From: Octopus vulgaris
Lineage: Eukaryota
DNA length: 64,000 nucleotides
Direction of reading: 5' to 3'
NCBI GenBank assembly: GCA_951406725.2
Contig: OX597818.1
Location: 27,466,001-27,530,000 of the forward strand
Every line of letters begins with the position of its first letter. The stretch's first letter is position 1. Made by a program: the position numbers and the translations under genes. Positions 1-12,751 of the stretch are shown piece by piece. The notes beneath the pieces were generated by a model. The model was not told the origin of the DNA. It searched no databases and saw only the letters and a program-made list of their open reading frames with translations.

Positions 1-229
1 CACAATTTCAAGAATATTATCAGTTTCCCAAGTTTGTTAAATGAATATTTTTGAGAAAATGAAAATTCTTTAATATATCGGTATAATTTTTTTTTTTAAA
101 TGAAGAAGTGATTTTGTTGGTATGGCTACTTGGAACACTATAAGCCTTACAATAATAACTATGTGATCGCTGCTATTTCTAGCATGCTGAACAAGATAGT
201 TTTTAATGAGCTTTCATTTATAAATGATA

Positions 230-1604
230 TGTATCTGAAAAAGAAAATTTAGCAGCAAAGGCACAATGGCAGGGAGAAAGATGGGCAACTGAATTAGATG
301 AAACCAGGGCAAAGCGACTGAAACAGATGCCTGAATATGCATGGAGACATAGACATGATTCTGTTTCCATTACATATGACCAACTGGTTAGGGTATCTCA
401 AGAGTAGAATATTCTACTTCAAAATAATGGTGTCAGGTCACAAATTGTTGATGCAACACTATAGAGATCTTTTCTTTGCAATCATATGGAAGTAGTAGAG
501 TAGACAACTAATCTAAGACTGCTTACAGAAAGTTATTCTGATGAAAGAGAGTTTGCTAATTACCTTGTTGATGTAAGAAACGGTAACATTTCTGTTGAAC
601 AAAGCCTAGGTGAATTCAAAATCAACCTACCCAATGACGTTTGTGATTTTGTATATGCTGACCTAAAAACATAACTTCACAAACCCTATGTGGCTTGCAA
701 ATCGAACCATTGTTACTCCAACAAATGAAGCAGCACAATTTGTGAATGATTTTCTATTGACCAGGATCCCTGGTGAGCTAAAAACATACAGAAACTCAGA
801 TACAGTTGATAATGAAACTCTGTACCCAATTGAGTTCATCAACAAACTTACACCGTCAGGAGTTCCACCTCACATTCTCAAACTGAAGAAAAAATGATGC
901 ATAATGCTTCTGAGAAATTTAGATGCTACTAATGGACATTGCAATGGAACACACTACATCATTGTCAGTTTACATGATCATGTTATTGAGGCTGAGGTTG
1001 CTTCTGGTCCTTATGCAGGGTCAACTTTGCTAATCCCAAGAATACCACATGTATCTCCAGAAATGGAATTACTATTCACATTTACATGCAAACAATTTCC
1101 TGTCAAGCCAGCTTTTGCCTTGACATGCAACAAAGCATAGGGACAGACTTTTGACCAAATTGGAATATATCTTCTGACACAATTCTTCTCACATGGTCAG
1201 CTCTATGTTGCATTATCTAGAGTTTGAAAGAAGGCTAATGTAAAAATATTGGCTGAGAGAAATGGAAACAGTATGATTACTGACAATTGTGTCTACAAGG
1301 AGATACTATTTTAAAGCAAAATATGCTTTTTAGCAAGTTTCAGCAAATAGAATTAACACAGAAATTATATGTAAAGTAACATATATTTGTGTAAAATTAA
1401 ATTGTTTTGGCATATTTCAGCACATGTCGAATGAATGATATCATTATATTAGATCATTTTAAATTTGAGTATATTTGTAAAAGTAAGGAAATGTCATTCC
1501 CATGTGTTCTCACAGCACCAGACTTTTGTATGTGTGTGTGTGTATGTGTGTGTGTGAGTGTGTGTATTAATCCATCCATCCATCCATCCATCCATCCATC
1601 TATC

Positions 1605-1675
<71 letters not shown>

Positions 1676-1925
1676 CATCTATGCACACCTATGTAAGTTC
1701 TTTCAATTATTAATGATAAATATATATAACAGATTGACTCTAAAAAAGAGAGATTATGACTGTGATAAAATAACGAAAGCAATACTTACTAAGCAAGTGA
1801 GCACTATTATACAAAAAAATAATTAGACATAAAATATCATAAAAATTATTAGAATTGGGAATCAAATATGGAAATATTACTGAGTGGCTAACAGAAAACC
1901 ATCCGGAGGGCAGTCTTTCTGCTAG
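230..1925 (+). mobile_element. Helitron remnant with a decayed Pif1-like helicase C-terminus and a 3' terminus
   Basis: ORFs 688-897 and 904-1140 read PSGVPPHILKLK, MLLRNLD..GHCNGT, RIP, KQFPVKPAFALTCNKA*GQT and FSHGQLYVALSR, ending VYKEILF* at 1314. These are Pif1 motifs of Helitron RepHel, interrupted by stops. An imperfect palindrome (agaaaaccatccggagggcagtctttct) precedes CTAG|T at 1922-1925. The 5' boundary is approximate. Confidence 0.85.
1529..1682. repeat. Compound microsatellite (TG)n-(TCCA)n-(TCTA)n
   Basis: Directly visible in the sequence. Confidence 0.95.
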
Positions 1926-2169
1926 TGTTTCTAATTGTAATGTTGGAATTCATGTGTAACTTTATTATATAAATTGAAATTCAGAGGTAATGAATTTATG
2001 GTCAAATTTTGATATAAATAGATAAGTACTATTGCATAACTGAATATTCACGAGCCTTTTAAATTTTATTTGAGAAAATTGTGTATTGATGACATAATTC
2101 ATGCTTCGTGTTTGTTTTGAGGAAAGTAAAAAAGAAATTAATAACACAACCCAACAGTTATTTTCTGTT

Positions 2170-3030
2170 AGGACATTATTACCTGATTTGAAGGTTGTTT
2201 TTGATATGCTGAATCAAAAAATGCAATCCATTTTTTTACCATCATATCTAAATTTCAAGATATTCACCCCCCCCCCCCCGTAGGTGATATACATGGACTT
2301 TAAGATGATCAATTTTCTTCTGGAGCAATAAAGTGGATACACCAAATGTCTATGCTTTTTATGTATGTGGAACAGCAGAATCAGGGAAAAAACAGTGGGT
2401 GACCAAAGAATGGCTGTTGCAAACATTAGTTCCAGGGTCTTTTAATGTGGTTAAAGAACCTTTAGTTCAAACAGGAAAAATCATGCTACCTCTTCTCTGT
2501 ATCAAATTTGGCATTATGAAGCAGTTTGTTAAAACTTTGGATAAAGATTGATTATGCTTTCATTATACTTGCATCACATTCTCCAGTCTGGAAAGTGTAA
2601 TGATAAAACTGGAATATTTGAATGGCCTCGAATCAGAAAACTGATGAAAAATAGGAACACTGTAAGTTCAATTAAGCATTAAAAGCAGTGAAGCAACAAT
2701 ACAGAATTCATTTGTAATAGTTGTAAATACCTTTCTGGGCAATATGAATGCCAACTATGCCAAAATAATTGATAATATGCTTTCAAAAATTGGGAGCAAA
2801 TATGAGGATAAACCTGCACTATCTACACTTTCACTTTGATAAATTTTGAAGACATAAGTAATGAAAAGAGAGAATATTTCTATCAGAACATAAAATCAAT
2901 GGAACAAAGGCATCAAGGCAGATGGGACTTGCATATGATGATGGAATATTGTTGGAACTCAGCTCATGATCTTCCTGAGTTTTAGCACTCAAGAAAATCA
3001 TCCAAGTGCAAATTCATAGGAATTTAGGCA
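2170..3030 (+). mobile_element. Chapaev3-like (CMC) DNA transposase fragment, decayed
   Basis: Broken frames read DFKMINFLLEQ*SGYTKCLCFLC, LPLLCIKFGIMKQFVKTLDKD and FYQNIKSMEQRHQGRWDLHMMMEYCW. Same family as 25341-27199. Confidence 0.7.
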
Positions 3031-3839
3031 TAAACAATGTTGTAATTTGTCTGTTGATTTTTTTAGATTTCTATTAGTTTGTTAATAGAAGTTTAAGACA
3101 ACATTTTGGTTTTGAAGAAAAACCAATTTCTATGAATCTTTGTATGCTTGCCTTTTCCTCATAAGTTGTTTTATTGAAAAAACAATTTTTTTCTATGGAT
3201 CCAGCATTTTAAAATCATGATATGATGGTAATAAATGAATATTATTTTGGGATTTTGTGTGTAAAAAACTCCAAGTTCAGACTGTGTAGTGTATATGAAC
3301 TTATGAAATTGGAGAAATGTAGGTAAAATTTTATGAAAAGTTAGCATTGATAGATTTTATTTAATTTTTTTTTTATTAATCACCTTTATTTTTAGCTTGG
3401 CATTAAATTCAACAATCACAATTCATAAAAACCTAATATTTCATTACATTTTTTGATATTTAGTTTCATTTTAGTAACATTAGATGTGAAATTAATGTAA
3501 ACCTATATTCAATATGTTTCTTTCTATTCTAACTTCTTTTTTCTGAAACTTGCAACTTTGAAATCAGATTTTGTCAATATTTTGAAAATCTGAATGGTAC
3601 TCTGATGAAGATCTTAAATACAAGGATTTCTTATATCAATATGTATTTTTAGATATAATTTGAAATTTTGTGTTGCCTATTTTGTAACAGTTTAAACATT
3701 TTGCAACTCTTAAAGAACATAAAACTTGTTTAAAATTTTCCCATTTTGAATACATCGCCTTATCTTTAATGCAACTAGAAATTTCAATTGTTGATTCAAT
3801 AACTAGAAAAAACAAATATCTTTATGAAAGTATTTTTTC

Positions 3840-4192
3840 TTTTATTTATTTTACTTGTTTCAGTCAAACAAATTAGCCCCAGGACTTATACCTTGTAAGC
3901 CTAGTACTTATTCTATTGGTCTCTTTTGCTGAACCGCTAAGTTATAGGGATGTAAACACACTAACATTGGTTGTCAAGTGATGGTGAGGGGGACAAACAC
4001 AGACACACAAACATATGCATATATATATTTACAACAGGCTTCTTTCAGTTTCTGTCTACCAAATCCACTCAGAAGGCTTTGGTCGGTCTGGGGCTATAGT
4101 AGAAGACACTTGCCCAAGGCGCTATGCAGTGGGACTGAACCCTGAACAATGTGGTTGGGAAGCAAGCTTCTTACCACACAGCCACACCTGTG
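3840..4192 (-). mobile_element. SINE-like dispersed repeat (same family as 56390-56860)
   Basis: Shares the blocks cttttgctgaaccgctaagttatagggatgtaaac and gggctatagtagaagacacttgcccaagg...gtgggactgaacc with 56390-56860. Confidence 0.65.
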
Positions 4193-4230
4193 CCTTTATT
4201 TATATAGGTAATTTGATTTTCTTTTTTCAG

Positions 4231-4485
4231 CTTCACCTGAAAGGATAAAAATCAAGAGTGATGAACCCTTTCTTGAAGGCCAAGAAGGCAATTTGCATTG
4301 TGAGACAATAAATGGATATCCAGAAAAATATAATTACAGGTGGAATCCAAATAACAGTACCTCAAAAAACATCACACTTCCTCAAATTCATCGAAAACTA
4401 AATAACAAGGTTTACACATGTTATGTTTCATCTAGATGCTATAAGAAATGTAGATTACATAAAAAGCATTGGATCAATGTTGAAT
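4231..4485 (+). CDS. IgSF receptor, Ig-domain exon 1 in window (phase 1-1)
   Basis: Acceptor ttttttcag|, donor |gtaagt. Reads SPERIKIKSDEPFLEGQEGNLHCETINGYPEKYNYRWNPNNSTSKNITLPQIHRKLNNKVYTCYVSSRCYKKCRLHKKHWINVE, with Ig hallmarks L-x-C, W and Y-T-C. Confidence 0.9.
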
Positions 4486-5344
4486 GTAAGTTGAAATCTT
4501 AAAATTTTATTATACATCTATGAAATAATTTATTATTTGCATTCAATACAGAAAAGTACTGTGATCTTTTTATATTCATTTTTCTTAAGATTACTTTTTA
4601 TTATGAAATTTCTTCATGATTAATTTTCTTTGTTTTTCCAAAATAACTTGAAATGGAAGTTTTTGATAAGTCTACTTCCTCACAACATGTTTCTCTGAGT
4701 CACATTTTGTTTACTGATACTGTACATTATGTTACTGATACTGTACATTATTTACATAAACATTATATTCACTGTCTCTTCTAACAACACATTGCTATTC
4801 AGATTATACTACCTTTTACTCCAACTCAACCTTCCACACAACCTTGTTACATAATGACAAAATTATGATTTGTCCATTAGCAGAGGCTTTTAAATCATCC
4901 TCCATTGGGGTCATGACAAAATAGCATTCTTTATAAGCATTTTTAAATGTAATCACAACACATATTAAAGAATAGTCTTGCAACTCTGTACCTTTTCTGT
5001 GCATGAACAACATACAACTAAAACCCTGAAAACTATTAAGTCTCTAATGATACTTTATTGTAAATACATATATAATTTTGTCAATACAACATTCCAAAGA
5101 CTAAACTTATTCTCCCGAGTTGGAAAATATTTCAGCTCTGATCAGTTTATTATCCTCTTAGAAAAAAGCCCACATTGGAATACTGCTCTGATATCTGGGA
5201 TAGTTCTGCTGCTACATGTACATACACACATTGTAGACAACATCCCTTAAAAGGATTCACTTTATAACATATAACAACTTGGAACCTTCAATTTTTTCTC
5301 CTTCCTCTCTTCATCTCTTCTACCATACCTATTTCTTTATTACC

Positions 5345-5562
5345 CACTAGGGGCTAAACACAGAGGGGACAAACAAGGACAGACATAGGTATTAAGTCGA
5401 TTACATCGACCCCAGTGCGTAACTGGTACTTAATTTATCGACCCCGAAAGGATGAAAGGCAAAGTCGACCTCGGCGGAATTTGAACTCACAACGTAATGC
5501 AGACGAAATACCGCTAAGCATTTCGCCCGGCGTGCTAACGTTTCTGTCAGCTCGCCGCCTTC
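5345..5562 (-). mobile_element. tRNA-derived SINE with a Nin-type central domain
   Basis: Reverse complement contains gagttcaaattccgccgaggtcgactttgcctttcatcctttcggggtcgataaattaagtaccag. Related copies at about 41110-41320 and 57445-57622. Confidence 0.75.
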
Positions 5563-5993
5563 TACCATACCACTTCCAACCAGACTTATCTGATGCATAT
5601 AGCTGTCCTTTTATCATTATCTTAGGTTTTATTCCCAAGCCCTGTACTAACTACTTTATTCATTCTTTTTATTTTGGAAATAAAGCTCTGCAAAACTTCC
5701 TTCTTGATATTTTCTCTATAATCATAAATTTGCAGGAAATCAAACTAAACATCAACATCATCAACTTAACTGATCTGAGATGTTCTGCAAGTATCATAGA
5801 TACTGTTTCTCCTTCTCTGATTAAATAAAGATCTCTAATATTGGTAGAAGGCCTGGTATTTTGGGACAGTATGTAGTTTTTAAATTGACCTCAATATTTA
5901 ACTGGTAATTAAATGAAAATTGTAACAAAAAGTTGCATGATATTTTGTTTGAGCTCTACCAATCCTTCTACTGCCCTTCTCTAACTAACTAAA

Positions 5994-8842
5994 TCATTAT
6001 CATCATCATTTAATGTCCAACTTCCATGCTGGTATGAGTTAGATGGTTTGACAGAATCCAACAAGCCAGAGGTTTCTAACAAGATGCCTTTCTTAGTGCC
6101 AACTTCTTGCAGTATATTCTGAATGCTTTCTTTGAGGCACCAGCACTAATGGGGTTGCCAAGTAACTCATAAGACAAAGAAAAAATAGGGTTGTATTAGA
6201 GAGAGGAGATTTATGCCAGGTGTTGAGAAGCTAAAATATGATAGTTAGACAGGTATGGATGTCTTGCTACAGAAGAGATACATGGCTACTCTTCATCATA
6301 TAACAGAGGGTGTAAGTTGCCTGAAAAGAAGTAAAGATTGTGGTGATGAGATGTCAGAGCATTCTCCCAAAGTTCAAGAAGGGGAGAATAAGAGAGAATA
6401 CAAACAGAGAATTGGTAAAGCTGGACAGGTAAGTTCATAAGTGTGTGAGAGAAGATTGGAACAGAGAGGAATGTAGTGAATGATGAACAAAGATGGAGAT
6501 ATGGTCGATTGTAAGTATTAGTTTGGTGGAGGTGGGGTGTGTGAAAAAAATTGAAGTGCCTAAAGAAGAGGAGGTGATAAATAGCAGTACAGGAAGGATG
6601 GAGAGCAGTTGTGTAGTAAACATTTAAAGAAATCAGAAATAAGGAGATAATATGTGAGGTAGGAGAGGGAGAGAAGAGAGAGGAAGATTCATAGTGAAAG
6701 AGATGGAGATCAGAGGTATGTAGGATTACCTCTTTGAGTGGCAGATACAGTTGGGGTGGGAGATTGACCATAGCAGATATAAGAGTGTGATAAGAATGAT
6801 AGCAGATTTGAAAGGGTGTTAAAGATGTAGTATAGTAGTCATAAGATGTATCTCAGGGGAGGAGAGGTATCTAGAGATATAGAATGGGGTGATTAGTGGA
6901 AAATGAAGGTGAAAAGGATGATATTGAACATGAGGGATGAATTTTAAACAGAAGTTGTTCCAGGGAAAGGGCAAGTAACTGGTAGCAAAAGATGATGAAA
7001 TATATGCAGATTCTGCTCTCATATGATTATAGTAACTGAGTGTACCATAGCTAGAAGAAAAATGGGAGGATGGGTGTTAGGTAATCAACAGGCAAAGGAA
7101 ATATATGGTTACCCAACCTGAGGGAAGTGCAGGGGAGGGAGAGAATGGAGGACAGCAGGATAGAGATGGTGGTGAAATGCTGGGTATACTCAAAAGGGAC
7201 AGGGATCAGAATATAAATGCGATGGTTGAGTAAAGGAAGAGAGAGATATAGATGGTGGCAAGTGCCAAGGCATACTGTTGAGGTTCAAACATCATAATAT
7301 AAGTGGCAGAATATTGTTAGGAAGCATGATTAGAGAATGCAGAGAGTGGTAGTGGTGAAAACCTGGGTATATAAAGAGTCAGGAGGCTACCAGATAGCAA
7401 TGATACAGAGGAACAGGGCTGTGAGAACAGAATTGGGAAGTGAGAGGTAGGCACGGTGTATGAAGGAGGAAATGTGAGGAAGACAAGAGATGTAGAGATG
7501 TAGATTGGTTTGTTGGGATAGGGTGTATGAAAAGTTTTCTTGTTGTGTGGGTGAAACACACAGAACGGGGGCTAGTGGAGAGCAATGATACAGTGGGACA
7601 GGATTGGGAAGGATTGGGACAGGATTGGGAAGTGGGAGGTAAGCACAGTGCATGAAGTAGAAATATGAGAAAATAAAGAAATGTAGTTTGGTTTGTTGTG
7701 GCAGAGTGTGTGAGAAGTTTTCTTGATAAGTGTGGGTGGGACACACAGCACTTCTAGGTCTCAGTTTCGTTGATGTGGGCAGGTCTTTTCAAGAATCTCA
7801 TATCACCAGACATCTTGGTCCATTGTCATTTCCTACATGAGGCCCAACATCCTGAAATCAGTCCTTACCACTTCATCCCATGTCTTCCTGGGTCTCCCTC
7901 TCCTACTGGTACCATCCACTTTCAGTGATCAGCACTTCTTTATGCAGCTGTCCTCATTCATATGCATCACATGTTCAAACCAGCATATTTTTCTCTCTTG
8001 TATGCTACATTTGATTCTTCTTATGCCTAACTTTTCTCTCAATACATTTGCACTTTGTTGTACATGCACACTGATTTTGCACATCCAACATTTCTCTCCA
8101 GGCTACGCATGTCATCTGCATTCAGAACCTATGTCTCACTACCATGGAGTATAGCCATTCACACACAAGCATCATACAGTCTATCTTTCACTCTGAGGGA
8201 GAGTCTTTTTGTTGCCAATGGAGGTAATAGCTCTCTGAACTTCCTCCATCCAATTCTTATTCTAGAAACAATACTTTCAGTGCATCCTCCACCATTTCTA
8301 ATTTAGTCACCTAAGTGATAGAAACTATCTACAACCTATCTACATAGACACTCTTATGTGTCCATAACTTGCACTGGGTATGCCTGAAATTTCTATGTAC
8401 ACTTTTCTATATATTGAGCAGGGCCATCTTGCTGAAAGGATTTGTGACTTGTCTGTTTTCCTACTAACTAAGACTTTGGTCTTTGCTAATTTAACTCTAA
8501 GGCCCTTTGATCCCAGACCTTGCTTCCACACCTGAAATTTTTTCTCTAGTTCTGGTAGTGATTCAGCTATAAGAACAGGATCATCAGCATAGATGAGCTC
8601 CCAAGGGTAGCCTGTCTTAAATTACTCTCTTATGGTCTGGAGGACTATGATAGACAAAACGGAGCTGAGAACCGATTCCTGGTGTACTCCTACATGTATA
8701 CTGAATTTGCTGCTATACTCATTGCCAACTTCCACCTTACTGACAGCATCCTTGTACATGACATATATGACCCCCACCAACCACTCATTGATCCCTAGCT
8801 TCTGCATTACCTGCCAGATATTGTGGTGGGGGACCCTGTCAA
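5994..8842 (-). mobile_element. RTE-clade LINE, 5'-truncated and decayed
   Basis: Minus-strand RT remnants read LGINEWLV..MYKDAVSKV..GVHQESVLS, ELIYADD and GLRVKLAKTKVL. The 3' end has a (GAT)n tail at about 5994-6010. Confidence 0.75.
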
Positions 8843-8923
8843 TCTGGTTAGTTTGGCCACCAGATTAATAAGTTATTAGGTGACTGGCTACACACACACA
8901 TACATGCACACACATATGCACAC

Positions 8924-8969
<46 letters not shown>

Positions 8970-10458
8970 TATTAATAAAACCACACAAAAACCATGTGAA
9001 TAGTTATTTATTTCACCATTTCTCAAGTGATTAAATGACCTCATGTGCTCATTTAAACTAGCTCATATGTAATTGTTAACCTACCATATTGACATTACCA
9101 GGTTTGAGAAATGACAAAATAAATTTGATTTTTCCAGTCAGGAAACCCTGGATAGCTTATTGACCAGGTGCTCTGTGACTTGTTGAATTTCATACCATAT
9201 GTATATACATATATACATATATATAATATATAATATATATTTCTATATTGTTGAGCAATACATTACTGGTCACAGAATACATCTAGTCAGAATGCTACTA
9301 TCAGCCCCATGTCAACTGCCACACCCAGGCAACATTGCCAACTCTACAGACTAAAATGAATTTGTGTTCTTAAGGGCAGCATCCAAATATTCTGCTTGTT
9401 TGAGTTTAGGAATGTGCTAAGATAGTGTGAACTTTTTAGTCTCATTCTCCTATCCATCAAGCAGGGCTTGCATTTTCTATTTCCATTCAGATATGGTATG
9501 GCCTAGAATGTTATAGCATTGCTTCATCTTTTAATCACTATATATCTGGTTCAAAATTTCCTGGGTTCTAAAAGAGGATCTGGCCTTCAAAAAGCTGTTT
9601 GTTGCCTCAACATATTTCTGTACATGTGTTACTCCATTGACGTTGGTTGACGCTACAATGCTTTGTAGACTATCACTTCTGTGTTGCATTGACCATTCCA
9701 TAACTAATACCAATCCATGGGAAACAATCTGAAAGTAATATAATAGCCCACACCATGTTTCACTTCACTTAATTTCCATAACCACCACCACCACCACCTG
9801 TAAGCAGATTTGTGACTGAAAGTATTCCTTCTATGACCATCCTATTTTTTCATACATAGTGTATGTAAGAATACATTAATAAGTGTACTTGTCATTATTA
9901 TTGAATAGCTCCAGTTGAATTTACTTCAGTAGGTCTTTTGCATTTAGACTATTAATAGAATGCTTAGGGGCTGTCTATAACTGGATATGTGATATCTAGA
10001 GCAAAAGTACCTAGCATGTTCATTATATGTTGGACTGCATGTATTGTTTGCATTATATAATAAAAAATCTAGCTGTGGTGGCACATGTCTGTTGTGAGAG
10101 GTAATGCTGTCTTGATATATAAATGACTTAAAATATGTTTCATTTTCAGAAACCTTTGTGTTTGTGAGTTTTAATTGCCTCATTCACCAGATGATGCAGC
10201 TATATACAGAAAATATTTATAGCTTATAGTAATCATAACTTAATGTTTAATAATTGCTGTTGTTTAGCTGCAAGTCAATTTTAAGAAAATTTTCAGTGAT
10301 TTTCATGCTGGCAGCCAGTGTTGGGAACTGCCTACCTTGCTCAGTGTTAGGATTTAAAGAATTAAACAAATTTCATAATAAATGATAGCAAAATGTTTCA
10401 TAGTTTCTCAAACATTTTCTGTGTTTTAAAAATTTTATATATTTATTTTTATTTATAG

Positions 10459-10707
10459 ATATACCTGATATTACTGCATCAGAGAATGTGACATTAATTG
10501 AGAATCAAGCATCCATTGTAAACTGTTCTGCAAAAGGAAACCCTATCCCAGAAGTGAGGTTGGAATGTAGAAATCAAAGTTTTCCTTCAAACTCCCCATT
10601 CACTTTTAATCGTAGAAATATCAGTGATGTTCTCTGTGTTGCCAATGCAAAGAGCACAAAGCATGGAAATCTGACATCTTGGAAAAAAATTAATATCCTG
10701 TTGAAAT
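10459..10707 (+). CDS. IgSF receptor, Ig-domain exon 2 (phase 1-1)
   Basis: Acceptor ttttatttatag|, donor |gtatga. Reads (Y)IPDITASENVTLIENQASIVNCSAKGNPIPEVRLECRNQSFPSNSPFTFNRRNISDVLCVANAKSTKHGNLTSWKKINILLK, with the C-x-A-x-G-N-P-x-P Ig motif. Confidence 0.9.
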
Positions 10708-12751
10708 GTATGATAAGAATATACTACTATTATTACTAGTACTCCCCTTCCCTCCTCCTCCTCCTCCTCCATCTCTTCCATCATTAATGTCCTTGCCACA
10801 CTACCATCACCACTACCAGCATCAGCACTATCATCATCATCAATTCCTATTTATATCCTAATTCCATTACCATTGCTTATCACTCTGTGAATCTTATTGT
10901 CAAGCATACAAAAGTGAAGTCTTGTAACCAATTAGATTGTTGAAGCATTAGAAAATATTTGTTAGTTACATTATTTCCCTGTTGCTTGGGTTCATGGTAC
11001 TTATTTACAGCTTGGTGGACTAACTGACACAGAACATTATTAATGAAATATGCATCATTAACATTGACCAGTAAGCTGACACCTTGTTCACTGATTTTAG
11101 TTCAAGTATTATAAAACTTAAGAATCTTCCAGATTCTGTCTTTTATTTCTTTTGCATAAATTCTCAGACTAAGTGGAAAATTGTGTCCTTGAACAAGCCA
11201 TCATATCACATTGCTTTAGTCTACTCAGCTGAAAATGAGTACCAGCTGACGCCCGGTAAAGATCCCCCCTCTCTCTCTCTTCAACTGTCACATCTTTCAT
11301 GATCTACTGGATTAAAGGTGGGTGGGCTGATAAGGTGTCTATGTCTGCTCATGACTGCATAAGTGCCTAAAACAATTTGTGAAAGAATGGTACATGCTAC
11401 CAAGTATTGCACATCTTTTAGCATCAACATCATTAGTATCACTCTTGTTTTATGCTTGTTTTATTTTCCATACTGAGATTTGTTTCCTGCTCAGCATCTT
11501 GTCATTTGTCATAGTCCATCATCATCTGATACTCCTTTCAACATCAGATAAAAATCACCAATCTTTCTCTGGTATATAAGACTTCTTTTCTGGTATTGGT
11601 GGGGATGTTATGGTTTTTACATCTGAATATCCTTCTTATTGCCAATCATTTTGCAATGGTGTCCAATTCTTTTGGAAAGTGGGTAATTATGTAAGGAAGG
11701 GATGTAGTCAAGTATCACTATATGCATTATCAATAAAGAATAAGGAAATGTAAAGTCAGCCTGTGTGGAACTGAGGAAAATAAAACTGAATAATATTAAG
11801 TTTGTAGTCACTATAAAAGGTAGGTTTCACAATTTCTAGTGATATATCCTGAAAACCTGCATACTTAACCTAGCTGAAACTGCATTCCAATGGCTAGCTT
11901 TTCCCCTTGAAAGCCAGAAATTATTTTAGCCTTGATGTAACCCACAATGTATACAAACATCTTGTGCTCTATAAAAGTCTCACTCATTGGTAATAACTCA
12001 CCCACACATTACAGCCTCCATCCTACACATGTGATGTTTCTTCTCCCTGCCCATTCTATCACTATTTATATAAACACTGCTCTGAGACTGACACAATCAT
12101 TTAATGAATTTGTCTCAACCACTCTTCTCATTATTACTGTGTCTCATTGCTCAGGCCCTGTGTTGACCATTATGTACAATCAAACTGCCTCAGGAGTGAA
12201 CATTGTGGAATTCTGTCCCAAGCACACTTGTGGTCTTCTTGCAGAAATTTATGTTAGCTGAATATAAACTGTAGCAGTTTCACTACAATAATATTTGCTG
12301 ATACTTTTTATTGACTGATATATGAAAAAATATAACATATTAATCTAACACATCATTTCTGCTATATCCACAGTCTTTACATTGAAAATATTAAGGACAC
12401 CTATTCTATGCAATTTGTTGCTGTATAGCTTCAGAACTTCCTCAGGTTAGGAGCATGAATTTACCTTCTGTGTAAAAAAATGAACAAAAGAATTTTAAAA
12501 ATGATTTGAGTTTGTTGATCCTTGATTTTAGTAATTGATTTATTATAAGCAACCATCAAATCAATTTATCCAGTTTAGACTATTTGAGTAGTTATAGTTT
12601 TTCTGTCTCTAAAGTTTATTTTTCTCTTTATAACCTCCTTGTTTCTATTGGTATATTCTGTAAACTTGAACTGCCCTATTTCTTCACATTGACGTATCTT
12701 TTGATTAGATTTTATCTCAGCAAATTTAATTTCTATAATATTTCATTATTT

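Noticed and set aside
688-1314. Host PIF1 helicase gene
   Set aside because: Intronless with several stops and followed by a hairpin-CTAG end, so it is of Helitron origin.
6255-7746. Several 60-160 aa minus-strand ORFs rich in S, L, P and H
   Set aside because: They arise from a purine-skewed stretch inside a decayed LINE region, with no domain motifs.
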